In this document: one piece after another, positions 40,618 to 51,627 of the stretch
Layout of the letters: each line of letters opens with the position of its first letter
Position numbering within the stretch: the stretch's first letter is position 1
DNA from: an uncultured Chloroflexia bacterium
GTDB lineage: Bacteria > Chloroflexota > Chloroflexia > Thermomicrobiales > UBA6265
Direction: 5' to 3'
NCBI GenBank assembly: GCA_963724295.1
Contig: CAVRUC010000013.1
Location: 288,001 to 352,000, forward strand
DNA: 64,000 nt
Position numbers and translations under genes: made by a program
Notes under the pieces: model-generated
The model's input: the letters and a program-made list of their open reading frames with translations, nothing else
Database searches by the model: none
Told to the model about the DNA's origin: nothing

Positions 40618-41887
40618 TCACCCATCACCCTCGCTCAGCGGCGTGTCGGCGACAGGGAGTTTCATCTGGAATCTGGCGCCGATGGTGGGTGTTGGATCGG
40701 CGGTCAGGGTCCCGCCGTGGGCGGCAACGATGCGACTCGCCAGGTACAGCCCGATCCCGAGTCCCGTGGAGCCCGGGCCACGCGCGAAGCGATCGAAGAG
40801 ACGCGGGAAGAGCTCCGGGGGAATACCCGGCCCCTGATCGGAAACGGTCACCACCGCCCAACATTCGGCGCCGGTTGACTCGACGTCGAGTTCGACCACG
40901 ACGCTAGCTCCCGCGGGCGAGAACTTGATGGCGTTGGAGAGCACGTTCTCCAATGCCTGGCGGATCCGGTTGGCATCCATGGCGAGGACCACGTCCTGTC
41001 TGGAGACGTCGATCCGGATCGGCACGGCGCCTGTCGTGAGGGCCGCGCAGGTCTCGCGCACCAGGTCCACGAGATCGGCCGGTTGCCGGTTGAGCGCAAA
41101 CAGGCCCTGCTCCAGACGGCTGCTATCCAGGAGATCGGCCACCAGGGCGACGACACGATCGACCGCGCGCGTCGCCTCCTCGACGTCCCGCAGATCGCGT
41201 TGCCGGTCTTCTCGATGGGCTCGCCGCCGAAGGAGATCGATGCGGCCCTTGACGGGAGCCAGCAGATTGCCGAGATCGTGCGCCAGCGTCGCGATCAGCT
41301 CGTCGGCCGCCACGCGCCGACCTTGCTCCCGGGCCTCGGTCGCGATTCGCTCCGTCAGCTCGGCCCGCTGGGCAACCATGCCGACCCAGCGCGAGACGGC
41401 TTCCAGGAAGCGAATGTCATCGTCGGTGAAGAAATTGGGGCGAGCGGAGGAGGCGAGGAAGACACCGCGGCGCGTGCCAGCCACCTCGAGCGGCACCATG
41501 ATGGCCGAGCGAATTCCGAGCCCCTCCGTCATGCCGCGCAGCTGTCCCGGGTCCTGGTCGGCCTGACCGGTCGCATAGGGAACGCCGCTGAGAAATACCT
41601 CGACCTCGCGGCCGCCGTTGGCCACCGGCAGGCGGTTCATGCCGATGGCATGCTGCTTCCGGCCCATCGGGAGTGTGGCTGGTGCCGGCCGCGACCAGCG
41701 TCTCGGTGGCGGAGTCGTACAGTGCCGCGTCGACTTTGTCCGCGCCTAGCGCTTCGGCCACCATCTGACAGGCGCGGTCGAGCGCGCCGTGGAGCTCTGC
41801 CTCATCGATCGCCAGCAGCTGCTCGAGCGTGGCAAGGAGTCGATGGCCATCTGGTCCGCTTGCCGCCGGGTGCTGGCCGGCAGTCAT
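40618..41887 (-). pseudogene. GAF-domain sensor histidine kinase (frameshift near 41670)
   Basis: GAF N-terminus split across two frames; AHDL H-box, NAIKF, DQGPGI and GLGIGLY motifs. Confidence 0.85.
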
Positions 41888-42196
41888 CTCAGCTCCGTTG
41901 TTGTTAGCCGAGTTCGACGGACGTTAGCCGCCGCCACTGTGCAGTCCATCAGGACTCGCTCACCGCCTGTTGCTTCATTGGCACTCCCCCGCCCAAAGAA
42001 ATGTCGAGGACTGCAACGCCGCTCGGGCGTTGCACATGGAGTGCCAGGTCGATGTCACGGTAGTGGGGACTCCCGATGGCCGGGAGACGACCGGGGGGTG
42101 AGGCGGGCCGGCAGGTAGTGATCGTGATTGGCGACATCTCAGGGAAAGCACACTGCCGTGCTTCCGCACTTGAGTATCTCGATGGTCGAGAGGCCG

Positions 42197-43165
42197 TTAG
42201 CTCGCCTGTTCACCGGCAGACTCGATCGTAGCGGCTGACGCCTGGATGAGCTCCGCGACCACAGTGAGCGCCGCGGCTGGATGCTCCTCGATGACAGGAA
42301 CTGCCCCCAAAGCGCGAATTGCCTCCGGGCGCTCAATCGCAACGCGCCCCCCGACAACCACCGGCGGTGGATGTTCGGGAGCGAGTCCCGCTTTCAGAAC
42401 ATCGACCGCATCTTTGACGGCGGTCAGGTTCGGCGCAAGCTTTGCCGAAAGGAGGATTACCACCGGTCGATGGAGCCGAACGGCTTCGAGCAAGAAGCGG
42501 GGGGCGACGTCGGCGCCGAGGTAGTGCACCGCCCACCCCTCGGCACGGAACAGCCCGCAGACCATACGCAGTCCGAGTTCATGGCGCTCACCCTCGACGC
42601 AGGCCGCGACTAGGGCGAGTCCGTCTGCCGGAAGACGGGCGTGCCGGAGGGAGAGGTCGGCAATCAGGTCGCGAGCGAGTTCCGAGACTTCTTTTTCCTG
42701 GGCCACGAGGAGTTCGCCGTGCTCCCAGCGCTGTCCCAGTTCGTTGAGCGCCGGTTGGAGCACCTCACCGAAGATTCGAGTGAGGGGCAGACCGAGGTCA
42801 TCAGCACGGATGATCGTCTGGTACGCCCCGGCCAGATTTCCTTCCAGGGCCTGGCTGAGGAATGACTGGGTCAGCGCGGCTGGAGCCGGCAAGCGGTCCA
42901 ACTCTGCTAGTCGCTGCCGAATCTGGTCGAGCGACAGCCGTTGCGCCTGCCATGCCTTGATCTGCCGGATGCGCTCCACGTCCGCCGCTGAATAGAGCCG
43001 GTGTCCGCCAGGCGTCCGGATGGACGTGATCAGCCCCTCCCGTTCGAGGAAGCGCAGGCTCGAGTGGCTCACGTCGGGATAAGAGCGCTGCAAATCGGAA
43101 ACGACGCTCCCGATCGAGAGGAGGGTATTTGCTGGTTCTAGCTCCCGCACCGGGTCCGAAGTCAT
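42197..43165 (-). CDS. CarH/LitR-type MerR HTH + cobalamin-binding transcriptional regulator
   Basis: MerR HTH (LRFLEREGL..RTPGGHRLY), four-helix cap, GERHELG B12 motif, YLGADV; adjacent to crt genes; GGAGG RBS. Confidence 0.88.
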   Translation of the reverse strand: MTSDPVRELEPANTLLSIGSVVSDLQRSYPDVSHSSLRFLEREGLITSIRTPGGHRLYSAADVERIRQIKAWQAQRLSLDQIRQRLAELDRLPAPAALTQSFLSQALEGNLAGAYQTIIRADDLGLPLTRIFGEVLQPALNELGQRWEHGELLVAQEKEVSELARDLIADLSLRHARLPADGLALVAACVEGERHELGLRMVCGLFRAEGWAVHYLGADVAPRFLLEAVRLHRPVVILLSAKLAPNLTAVKDAVDVLKAGLAPEHPPPVVVGGRVAIERPEAIRALGAVPVIEEHPAAALTVVAELIQASAATIESAGEQAS

Positions 43166-43268
43166 ATAAACCTCCAGTTCAGGTTCTTGTAGCACACTCC
43201 GGAGCGTAGTCGCAATCGCTCGCAACGTGTCGCGTTTAGCTCGGAGCCTATCTGCCATCGTTGCCCTC

Positions 43269-43305
43269 TTGACAAATATGAATCTCTACTATAGATTGAT
43301 GTGCA
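43269..43305 (+). promoter_or_regulatory. Promoter with candidate CarH/LitR operator repeats
   Basis: TTGACA-17-TAGATT; hexamers TTGACA/TGAATC/TATAGA/TGTGCA at 10-11-10 spacing. Confidence 0.6.
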
Positions 43306-43364
43306 TCACGGGTCGGTATCGACCGGATGTCTCTTCGTTTGGCAGCGTTGAAGGAGTCGAGTCG

Positions 43365-44162
43365 ATGCACGTTCGCAGGAGTTACGTCGCCGCGCTTGGG
43401 TTCGTTGGGTTCCTGGTTTTCGCATTGCTGCTCGGCGTCGCCCCGCGCGGCGTCTCAGCGCAGGATGCGATGGCTTCGCCGGTAGGCGCAGCAGACATGG
43501 GCAACTGTGTTGAAGCACTCGGCATTGGGCAAGCAGGCGATGCATGCCTCAATGTCATCCATGCCTCTCCGGACGCGCCCGCCGTCGACATCTACGTCGA
43601 TGGTGCGAAGGCGCTGGGTGATCTGGCCTTCGGTGCGACGTCCGGCTGGGTTGCCGTGCCGGCTGGTGAGCACCAGGTCCAGGTGACGGCCGCCGGCGCC
43701 GAGCTGGAGACAGCCGTAATCGACGCGGATGTCACCCTTGAAGAAGGCGCCGCGTACGAGGTTGCGGCCACCGGCCTGCTCGCCGAGATCGAGCCGCAGG
43801 TCTATCAGGTCAACCTCAGCGCAATCGGTTCCGAAGACGAGCCGATGGCCCGGGTTCGGGTGGTCCATGCGTCGCCCGATGCCCCGGCGGTTGATGTTGC
43901 CGTCAAGGGTGGAGAGGTCCTCATCGAGGATCTCGCCTTCCCTGAGGCCAGCGACTACCTCTCGGTTCCAGCCGCCAGCTACGACCTGGAAGTTCGGCCC
44001 ACGGGGACGACCGACGTTGCCCTGGACCTGCCCGGAGTCGCGTTCGACGCCGGCATGGTCTACAGCATCTACGCGATCGGCCAGACCGCTGATGACACAC
44101 TGACCGTGATCCCCGTGGTGGCCACGACGATGGCACCGGAAATGGCCACTCCGAGCGCCTAG
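43365..44162 (+). CDS. Secreted DUF4397 domain protein (two repeats)
   Basis: Signal peptide; two HASPDAPAVD repeats. Confidence 0.88.
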   Translation: MHVRRSYVAALGFVGFLVFALLLGVAPRGVSAQDAMASPVGAADMGNCVEALGIGQAGDACLNVIHASPDAPAVDIYVDGAKALGDLAFGATSGWVAVPAGEHQVQVTAAGAELETAVIDADVTLEEGAAYEVAATGLLAEIEPQVYQVNLSAIGSEDEPMARVRVVHASPDAPAVDVAVKGGEVLIEDLAFPEASDYLSVPAASYDLEVRPTGTTDVALDLPGVAFDAGMVYSIYAIGQTADDTLTVIPVVATTMAPEMATPSA

Positions 44163-44240
44163 GCAGCAAATAGGGCCAACCCAAGTGGCGCCCCGGCATC
44201 CTCGATGGAAGCTCGGGCGCCCTACCGCGAGGCAGCTAAC

Positions 44241-45689
44241 ATGACCGAGACAACACTTTCGTACCGTTCCCAGATCGCAGCGCCGGCTGCCGATGTCCTC
44301 GCCTGGCACAGCAACCCCGGCGCCTTCGAACGGCTCACGCCGCCCTGGATGAATGTCCGCGTCTTGGACGGCGTCGGTGGGATCGAGCCGGGCGATTGGA
44401 AGCGCCTGCGCGTTGGCGCCGGTCCGGTCGGCGTCCCCTGGACGCTTGTCCATGACAACGCGGAGGACGGCGCTGGCTTCGTCGACGAGCAGACAGACGG
44501 GCCGTTCGCATCCTGGCGGCACGAGCATCGGTTCGTGAGCGACGGTCCGGAGCGATCTGTGCTGGAGGACCGGATCACCTACCAGCTGCCCTTCGCGGCG
44601 GTTGGTCAACTCGTGGCCGGGCGCTTGTTCGAGCGTCGGCTCGAAGACTTGTTCCAGTTCCGACATCAGCGCACACAGATCGACCTTGCTCGCCACGCCG
44701 CCACCGGGTTGGCGCGGCCGCAGAGGATCGCGATCAGCGGCGCATCCGGGTTGGTCGGGACCCAGCTCGTCCCCTTCCTGCGGGCCGGGGGTCACGAAGT
44801 CGCGCGGCTTGTGCGCCGGGGACCGAACGCCGCCGACGAGATTGCCTGGGACCCGGGCACCGGCCAGATCGACGCCGCCTCACTTGAAGGGATGGATGCG
44901 GTGATCCACCTCGCCGGCGCCTCGATCGCCGGTGGACGCTGGACCAAAGCCCGGAAGGCAGACATCCTCAATAGCCGGTTGCAGGGGACGAGTCTGTTGG
45001 CGACAACCCTCACTCGACTCCAACGCCCGCCTCGCGTGCTCGTCTCCGCGTCAGGCATCGGGTACTACGGTGACGCCGGGAACGCTCCTTTGACCGAGGA
45101 CTCGCCGCAGGGCTCTGGCTTCCTTGCCGACGTGTGTCGGGCCTGGGAGGAGGCGACCGCGCCCGCCGCGGCATCCGGCATTCGGGTCGTGCTACCTCGC
45201 TTCGGGGTCGTGCTTGCCGGAAGCGGAGGTCTCCTCGCCAGGATGGTTCCGCTGTTCCGGTTCGGATTGGGAGGTCCACTCGGCAGCGGCGAGCAGTTCA
45301 TGAGCTGGATCGCCCTCGACGATCTGCTCGGCGTCCTCCTTCAGGCGATCGCCGACGACCGTCTGGTCGGCCCCGTGAATGCGGTCGCTCCGCATGCCGT
45401 GACCAATCATGCCTTCGCGGACACCCTCGGCCGCGTCCTTGGCCGGCCTGCTGTTCTGCGCGCACCAGCCCCGGCGCTGCGGCTAGCAGCGGGAGACCTT
45501 GCCGACGAACTGCTCCTGGCAAGCCAGCTGGCACGACCGGCCCGCCTGGAGGAAGTGGGATTCTCCTTCGCGTTCCCGACGCTCGAAGATGCGCTCCGGC
45601 ACGAACTGGGCCGCATCGACGGCGATCGTGGCGCCGAGATTCCCGCATCATCGTTGCGTTCCGCCGCTCAGCCGGGTCACTCGAGTTGA
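44241..45689 (+). CDS. SRPBCC + TIGR01777-type NAD-dependent epimerase fusion
   Basis: FERLTPPW, GPFASWRHEH, GASGLVG, SASGIGYYG and SWIALDD motifs. Confidence 0.9.
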   Translation: MTETTLSYRSQIAAPAADVLAWHSNPGAFERLTPPWMNVRVLDGVGGIEPGDWKRLRVGAGPVGVPWTLVHDNAEDGAGFVDEQTDGPFASWRHEHRFVSDGPERSVLEDRITYQLPFAAVGQLVAGRLFERRLEDLFQFRHQRTQIDLARHAATGLARPQRIAISGASGLVGTQLVPFLRAGGHEVARLVRRGPNAADEIAWDPGTGQIDAASLEGMDAVIHLAGASIAGGRWTKARKADILNSRLQGTSLLATTLTRLQRPPRVLVSASGIGYYGDAGNAPLTEDSPQGSGFLADVCRAWEEATAPAAASGIRVVLPRFGVVLAGSGGLLARMVPLFRFGLGGPLGSGEQFMSWIALDDLLGVLLQAIADDRLVGPVNAVAPHAVTNHAFADTLGRVLGRPAVLRAPAPALRLAAGDLADELLLASQLARPARLEEVGFSFAFPTLEDALRHELGRIDGDRGAEIPASSLRSAAQPGHSS

Positions 45690-45781
45690 TGGCGACCACG
45701 CTCCGGCTGGTGAGAGCCCCGCAGTGGTGGTCGACACGGAAGACCGCGGTCCGCAAAGAAGGATTCATTTTGGTGGGACCA

Positions 45782-46480
45782 ATGATCAACAGTATTCGCC
45801 TGGCGGTAGCCGCGCTGATGCTGGTCGTTTCGGGACTTGTACTTGCAGGAGAAGGGGTTATGGCACAGGCAGTAGAGGTTGAGCAGCCCTCGTTCGAGGT
45901 CATCGGTGGGGTCGGCCCGATCGAGATTCGGCAGTACGGCCCCCGGCTCGCCGCGGAGACCGACATGGGCCCGGGCTCCGGTATCGAGGCTGAGCAGGAG
46001 GCTGCCTTCATGACGCTGGCGGCCTTCATCTTTGGCCAGAACCGGCAAGGTCCCGCGGTGGCGATGACGGCCCCGGTCTCGGTCGAGAAGGTGACCGCGC
46101 CGATTGCGATGACAGCCCCGGTGGTGGTGGAGCCCGGTGAACGTGGCCGGGTCATGCGCTTCTTCATGCCCGCTGAGTACACCCTGGAGACGCTACCTCG
46201 ACCGGGCCACGACCGAGTCCGCATCGTCACCGTGCCCGCGCAGACGCTCGCGGTGCTGCGCTTCGCCGGTGAGGCCGATGACGACCGGGTCGCCGCGAAA
46301 AGTGCGGAACTGCTCACGGGTCTGGCTGGCAGCAATTGGGAACCGGTCGGCGAACCGGGATTCTTTGGCTATGACCCACCGATGACACCACCCGAGCTGC
46401 GCCGAAATGAGGTCTTTGTCGAGGTAGCAGCGGCCAGTTCGGCAATGGTTAGCCAGGCAAGGCACGGGAGGCCAGCGTGA
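45782..46480 (+). CDS. SOUL heme-binding protein
   Basis: IEIRQY, AFMTLAAFIFGQN, AMTAPV twice, MRFFMP and YDPP...RRNEV motifs. Confidence 0.88.
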   Translation: MINSIRLAVAALMLVVSGLVLAGEGVMAQAVEVEQPSFEVIGGVGPIEIRQYGPRLAAETDMGPGSGIEAEQEAAFMTLAAFIFGQNRQGPAVAMTAPVSVEKVTAPIAMTAPVVVEPGERGRVMRFFMPAEYTLETLPRPGHDRVRIVTVPAQTLAVLRFAGEADDDRVAAKSAELLTGLAGSNWEPVGEPGFFGYDPPMTPPELRRNEVFVEVAAASSAMVSQARHGRPA

Positions 46481-46869
46481 CACTCACCGAAGAGGTGGTC
46501 GCGCTTCTACGCCAGGCAAGTCCATGCTACCTCGCCACATCGATGGCTGATGGTTCGCCGCAGGTGACGCAGACGTGGGGCGACACCGACGGTGAGCACG
46601 TGCTCATCAATAGCGTGCACGGCCATGTGAAGGTCCGCAACATCGCGCGAGACCCGCGTGTGGCCGTGGCGATCGCTGACCCGGAGTCTCCATCGCGCTA
46701 CATCCAGGTGCGCGGCCGTGTGCGCGAGGTCACGACCGAAGGCGCGGTGGAGCACATCGAAAAGCTGGCCCAGAAATACCTCGGCACCCCATACCCCTGG
46801 TACGGCGATCGCGACCAGGTGCGCGTGATCATCGTCATCGAGCCTGAGCGGATTAGCAGTATGGGATAG
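46477..46869 (+). CDS. PPOX-class (pyridoxamine-5'-phosphate oxidase-like, probably F420-dependent) protein
   Basis: LATSMADGSPQVT, KVRNIARDPRV and LAQKY motifs. Confidence 0.88.
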   Translation: MTLTEEVVALLRQASPCYLATSMADGSPQVTQTWGDTDGEHVLINSVHGHVKVRNIARDPRVAVAIADPESPSRYIQVRGRVREVTTEGAVEHIEKLAQKYLGTPYPWYGDRDQVRVIIVIEPERISSMG

Positions 46870-46994
46870 AGGTGTTCTTGGGTAAGCCGTCGTTGCCGAT
46901 GCCTTGCCGACGTGATTTCGGATGAGATGGCACAGCACCTGCGCTACGAGGGCGCGTGGATGAACCGACAGGCGGACTGGAGAGACTACGAGTC

Positions 46995-47582
46995 ATGACG
47001 AATCAGAGCAGTTCAGACGTGCAGGAGAAGCACGCAACGACGATTGCCGACTATGTGGGCGACATGGTGGCGCTTGAGTCCCACATCGAAGAGGCTCTCG
47101 ATCGCCAACTGACCGAGACCCAGGATGATGCGATGGCGTGGGCCGCCGTCCAGGACTTCCACGACCTGGTCAAGCAGCACCGGGACACGCTCAAAGCTCT
47201 GCAGGAGCAGGTCGGCACGACCGCGGGCAACCCCATCATCGAAGCCGGGTCCACCCTGCTGGGCAAAGCGGCCGGGGTCATCGATCTGGTGCGCACCGAA
47301 GGCATCTCCAAGTCACTGCGTGATGACTACGCGGCCTTCAGTCTGGCCGCCATCAGCTACTCGATGCTGCATACGACCTCACTGGGTCTCGGCAACCCGC
47401 GGGTGGCCTCGCTGGCCGAGCGGCATCTGACCGACTATGCCGGAGCCATCGAGCGCATCAACGAGATCATGCCCGGGGTCGTGGAGCGTGAGCTGGCCAA
47501 GGACGGCCACCAGACGGACGCTGCCGCGGTTGGGGAAACCCGTTCGATCGTGGCCAAGGCATGGAAGGTCGCCGAGCACTAG
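46995..47582 (+). CDS. Ferritin-like protein (DUF892/YciE-like)
   Basis: DMVALESHIEEAL, LRDDY and YSMLHT motifs; helical composition. Confidence 0.7.
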   Translation: MTNQSSSDVQEKHATTIADYVGDMVALESHIEEALDRQLTETQDDAMAWAAVQDFHDLVKQHRDTLKALQEQVGTTAGNPIIEAGSTLLGKAAGVIDLVRTEGISKSLRDDYAAFSLAAISYSMLHTTSLGLGNPRVASLAERHLTDYAGAIERINEIMPGVVERELAKDGHQTDAAAVGETRSIVAKAWKVAEH

Positions 47583-47611
47583 ATTGCTCGGGACTTGAAA
47601 GGAGCAACAAG

Positions 47612-47839
47612 ATGGCAGACGCGAAGGACCAGGCGGCCGAGGTGCAGCAAACGTTCTTCCGCATTACCGACAACGTTCCGGAGGAGGCCTGGTACTGGGC
47701 GGCGCTGGGATCAATCGGGGTCTCGGCGATGCTCAAGCTCTCTGGCAAGGACGATTGGGCCATCTTCGTCGGGCAGTGGCCGCCGACGTTCATCCTCTTT
47801 GGCCTCTACCACCGGCTAATCCGACCCAGCGCCCGCTAG
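47612..47839 (+). CDS. Small membrane protein
   Basis: AAAGGAG RBS; FVGQWPPTFILFGLY motif. Confidence 0.75.
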   Translation: MADAKDQAAEVQQTFFRITDNVPEEAWYWAALGSIGVSAMLKLSGKDDWAIFVGQWPPTFILFGLYHRLIRPSAR

Positions 47840-47972
47840 TCACGTGCATGTCGGAGCTGAGTGGAATGCAACGAGGTCGCGCCAGCGCCGTTTGCGTTTC
47901 GGACCTCCCGCCGAGAAACGTTTCCCGGCACCACCTTTTCCGGAGAGCATCATGGGCGCTGGGTAGTACTGG

Positions 47973-49094
47973 ATGAGACCTGCTATGGGCATAACGACTA
48001 TGAGGAGACGTGCCACCGGCGCGGCAACAAAGAATGGACGCCCAGCGGCCCGCACTGAGCCGATAGACCACGTGCAACGGAAGCGGGACCACCTGCGCAT
48101 CGTCGTCGACGAGGTGGTCAGCGCGCCTGGCGTTACGACGGGTCTCGAGCGATATCGACTCGTGCATCGAGCCCTGCCGGAACTCGACCTGGCTGCAATC
48201 GACACCTGTTCCCGGTTCCTCGGGCACGCGCTGCGCGTTCCCCTCCTCATTTCCGGCATGACCGGCGGGGTAGAACGTGGAGCCGAAATCAACCTCCGCC
48301 TTGCCGCGGCCGCTCAGGCGGTCGGTTGCGCGATGGGGGTCGGCTCGCAGCGCGTTGCCCTGGAGGACCCGTCGCGCGCACCAACGTTCCGAGTCCGCGA
48401 TGTCGCGCCGGACATTCTTCTGTTCGCCAATCTGGGAGCCGTCCAGCTGAACTATGGCTACGGCCCCGACCACTGCCGGCGGGCAATGGAGATGATCGAC
48501 GCCGATGCGCTCGTCTTCCACCTCAACCCGCTGCAAGAGGCACTGCAGGTGGGCGGCAACACAAACTGGGTCGGGATCCTGCGCGGCATCGAGTCCGTCT
48601 GCGCGAAACTCCAAGCCCCGGTGATCGTCAAGGAGGTGGGTTGGGGCATCTCCGCCGAGGTTGCGCGGCAACTGGTCGACGCCGGCGTGGCCGCGATCGA
48701 TATCGGAGGCGCGGGCGGCACCTCCTGGAGCGAGGTTGAACGTCACCGCGCTCCCACGGACCGCCTGCGCCGCGTTGCCGGTGCTTTTGGCGCCTGGGGG
48801 ATCCCCACGGCAGATAGCGTTGTGATGGTTCGCGCGGTGGCCCCGGATGTGCCACTCATTGCCAGTGGAGGTCTGCGCAGCGGCGTCGAAGCGGCGACGG
48901 CAATCGCTCTCGGGGCGGACCTGGTTGGGTTTGCCGCGCCGCTCCTGCGGGCAGCCGCCGTATCAGAGACAGGCGCGCTTGAGATGCTGACCGCGTTAGT
49001 CGACGAGCTCCGCGTGAGCATGTTCTGCTGCGGTGCGGGCGATCTTGGCCAGCTCAAGCGCATCGAGACCATGAGCGACGGCCCGACGCGGTGA
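47973..49094 (+). CDS. fni: Type 2 isopentenyl-diphosphate delta-isomerase
   Basis: RKRDHL, SGMTGG, GVGSQR, NLGAVQL, HLNPLQE, KEVGWG and GAGGTSW motifs. Confidence 0.95.
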   Translation: MRPAMGITTMRRRATGAATKNGRPAARTEPIDHVQRKRDHLRIVVDEVVSAPGVTTGLERYRLVHRALPELDLAAIDTCSRFLGHALRVPLLISGMTGGVERGAEINLRLAAAAQAVGCAMGVGSQRVALEDPSRAPTFRVRDVAPDILLFANLGAVQLNYGYGPDHCRRAMEMIDADALVFHLNPLQEALQVGGNTNWVGILRGIESVCAKLQAPVIVKEVGWGISAEVARQLVDAGVAAIDIGGAGGTSWSEVERHRAPTDRLRRVAGAFGAWGIPTADSVVMVRAVAPDVPLIASGGLRSGVEAATAIALGADLVGFAAPLLRAAAVSETGALEMLTALVDELRVSMFCCGAGDLGQLKRIETMSDGPTR

Positions 49095-50083
49095 TGAGAT
49101 CGTTGACGGGCGCCGCCGATCTGGCGGCCACCGATCGCACCCGGCCGGAATGGAGCGCTTCGGTGTACCGGGACTCGGCTGCGTTGGACTCGCCCGGGAC
49201 GCTGGCCGCGGTGGCGGGCGATGCGATCGAGTGGCGACTGTGCGCGGCGATTGCACGCTCCTCCGGCCGGAGCTTCTTCCTGGCGAGCCACTGTTTGCCT
49301 CCAGACCGACGGCGGGCGATCCACGCGACCTACGCCTATTGCCGGATTGCCGATGACATCGCCGACCATTCCACTGACGCCGCTTCCGCCGCACTCGCGC
49401 TCGATGCCTGGGGGCGCCAGCTCGCGGCCCCGACGCATCCCGTTGCGGTCGCGTTCGCGGCCGCGCGCGCTCAGTACGGGGTGCCGGCGACGCCCGCTCG
49501 GGATCTCATCACGGGAGTCCGGATGGATCTCGGCACGTGCCGATTTGCGACCTGGGACGAGCTCCGGAATTACTGCTATCACGTCGCGGGTACGGTCGGC
49601 CTCATGGTGGCGCCGATCCTCGGGTGTGAGGATGACGCCGCGTTGCCACATGCAGTCGATCTCGGAATCGCCATGCAGCTCACAAACATCATGCGCGATG
49701 TCGGCGAGGATGCTCGCCGCGGTCGACTCTACCTTCCGCTCGACGAGCTGGCGGCATTCGGCTGCGACCCTGAGGCGATTCTGGGTGGACGACCGAGCGG
49801 TCGATTTCGCGAGCTGCTCGCCTTTCAGGCGGCTCGCGCGCGTGACCTCTATGTCGAAGCGCGACGTGGAATCCCGGCGTTGTCACCTGCCGGGCGACTG
49901 ACCACGCTGGCGGCGAGCGAGTTCTATGCCACGATCCTCACGGCGATCGAAGAGCGGGACTATGACGTCTTCGGCGCACGGGCGTATGTTCCTAACGGCC
50001 GCAAGCTTGGTGCGCTTCCCAGTGTCGCCGCCGATTTTGTCCGCTTTACATGGCCCCTGAGCGCAACTCGAGACAAGGGATGA
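49091..50083 (+). CDS. crtB: Phytoene synthase
   Basis: [22 protein letters not shown] and [18 protein letters not shown] motifs. Confidence 0.93.
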   Translation: MMRSLTGAADLAATDRTRPEWSASVYRDSAALDSPGTLAAVAGDAIEWRLCAAIARSSGRSFFLASHCLPPDRRRAIHATYAYCRIADDIADHSTDAASAALALDAWGRQLAAPTHPVAVAFAAARAQYGVPATPARDLITGVRMDLGTCRFATWDELRNYCYHVAGTVGLMVAPILGCEDDAALPHAVDLGIAMQLTNIMRDVGEDARRGRLYLPLDELAAFGCDPEAILGGRPSGRFRELLAFQAARARDLYVEARRGIPALSPAGRLTTLAASEFYATILTAIEERDYDVFGARAYVPNGRKLGALPSVAADFVRFTWPLSATRDKG

Positions 50084-50121
50084 CCGGACTCGATGCGGCA
50101 TTGCGCTCGCATTGGCCGGTC

Positions 50122-51627
50122 CTAGCCGTCCCCCGCCGCGGCGATCAAGTCGTCCACGATCTTGGCCGAGCAGAGTACACCCGGAAGGCCGGCGCCGGGA
50201 TGCGTTCCAGCACCGACAAAGTAGAGATTCGGCAGGTCTTCGGCGCGATTGTGCGGGCGGAAGTACGCCGATTGGGTCAGGATCGGCTCGATGGAGAAAG
50301 CCGAGCCCAGATAGCTGTTGAGTGTATCGCGGAAATGGCGCGGGTCGATCATGTGCTCGGTGACCAGGTGCGAGGAGAGACCAGGCAGGAACCGATCTTC
50401 GAGGAAGTTCATGATGCGGTCGCGATACGGCCGCGCCGCCTGTGCCCAATCGGTGCCACCACCAAGATGTGGTACAGGAGCAAGCACATAGAACGCCTCG
50501 CAGCCCGGTGGCGCCAGCGTGGGGTCGGTCAGCGTCGGCATGTGCAGATAGAGCGAGAAGTCGTCGCTCAAGACTTTTCTCTGGAAGATGTCCGTCAGCA
50601 GTCCCTCGTAGCGCGGTCCCAGGATGATGTCGTGGTGGGCGAGTACCGGTCCATCGCCGCCCCGGTACTGCCGGTCCGTCCCGAAGTAGATGACAACCAG
50701 CGACATCGAATAGTGCAGCCGCTCGAGCTTGCGGTCGGAGTAGCTGGGCCGCGCCGATCGCGGCAGAAGGTCAGCGTATGCCCCGGCCACGTCCGCGTTG
50801 CAGACGACGATATCGGCAAGCAGTTCCTCACCATTAGTGAGGCCGACACCGGTCACCCGGCCGTCGCTGACCAGGATTTGCCCGACTTCGGCATTGAGCC
50901 GAATGCTGCCACCCAGCTCGGTCAGGAGCCGAGCCATGGCGTCGACAACAGCGCCCGTTCCGCCCAGCGCGTACCACACCCCCCACTCGCGCTCCAGATA
51001 GTGAATCAGGGTGTAGATGCTCGTCGTCTGGAACGGGTTACCACCGACCAGCAGGGGGTGAAACGACAAGACCTGGCGCAGCCGCTCATTCTGAACGTAG
51101 CGAGAGACGAACCCGTAGACGGAGCGATAGCTCCCCAGGCGCAGCAGATCGGGGACGATCTTGACCATGTCCCAGACGCGCAGAAAGGGAACGGTCGCCA
51201 GCTCCGTGAAGCCCTTGGCGAAGATGCGCTCGCTGCGCCGGACGAACTCCAGATAGCCCTCGACATCGGCCGCATCGGCACCGAGGCGGAGGATCTCCGT
51301 CCTCATCCGCTGCTCGTCCCCCGAATAGTCGAAGTGCGCCCCGTCCGGGAAGAAGATGCGGTAGAACGGATCGACGGGAACGAGCGTGAGGTAGTCCTCC
51401 GCCCGGCGACCGGTGAGAGTGAACAGCTCGGTGATCAGCCAGGGCGCGGTGATGACCGTCGGACCACCATCAAAGGTGAATCCGTCCTGGCGATAGACGT
51501 AGGCCCGACCACCCGGTTGATCGCGCTTCTCGAGCACGGTGACGTGATGCCCATGGGCCGCCAGGCGGATGGCCGCTGCCAGTCCGCCGAACCCGCTCCC
51601 GATGACGATCACGCGTTGCGTTACCAC
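50122..51627 (-). CDS. crtI: Phytoene desaturase
   Basis: GSGFGGLAAA, FDGGPTVIT, HPLLVGGNPF and GAGTHPGAGLPGV motifs; GGAGG before GTG at 51627. Confidence 0.95.
   Translation of the reverse strand: MVTQRVIVIGSGFGGLAAAIRLAAHGHHVTVLEKRDQPGGRAYVYRQDGFTFDGGPTVITAPWLITELFTLTGRRAEDYLTLVPVDPFYRIFFPDGAHFDYSGDEQRMRTEILRLGADAADVEGYLEFVRRSERIFAKGFTELATVPFLRVWDMVKIVPDLLRLGSYRSVYGFVSRYVQNERLRQVLSFHPLLVGGNPFQTTSIYTLIHYLEREWGVWYALGGTGAVVDAMARLLTELGGSIRLNAEVGQILVSDGRVTGVGLTNGEELLADIVVCNADVAGAYADLLPRSARPSYSDRKLERLHYSMSLVVIYFGTDRQYRGGDGPVLAHHDIILGPRYEGLLTDIFQRKVLSDDFSLYLHMPTLTDPTLAPPGCEAFYVLAPVPHLGGGTDWAQAARPYRDRIMNFLEDRFLPGLSSHLVTEHMIDPRHFRDTLNSYLGSAFSIEPILTQSAYFRPHNRAEDLPNLYFVGAGTHPGAGLPGVLCSAKIVDDLIAAAGDG

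Noticed and set aside
38653..40632. Repeat tracts as a possible CRISPR array
   Set aside because: Units are 7-8 nt with no unique spacers, and no cas genes are present
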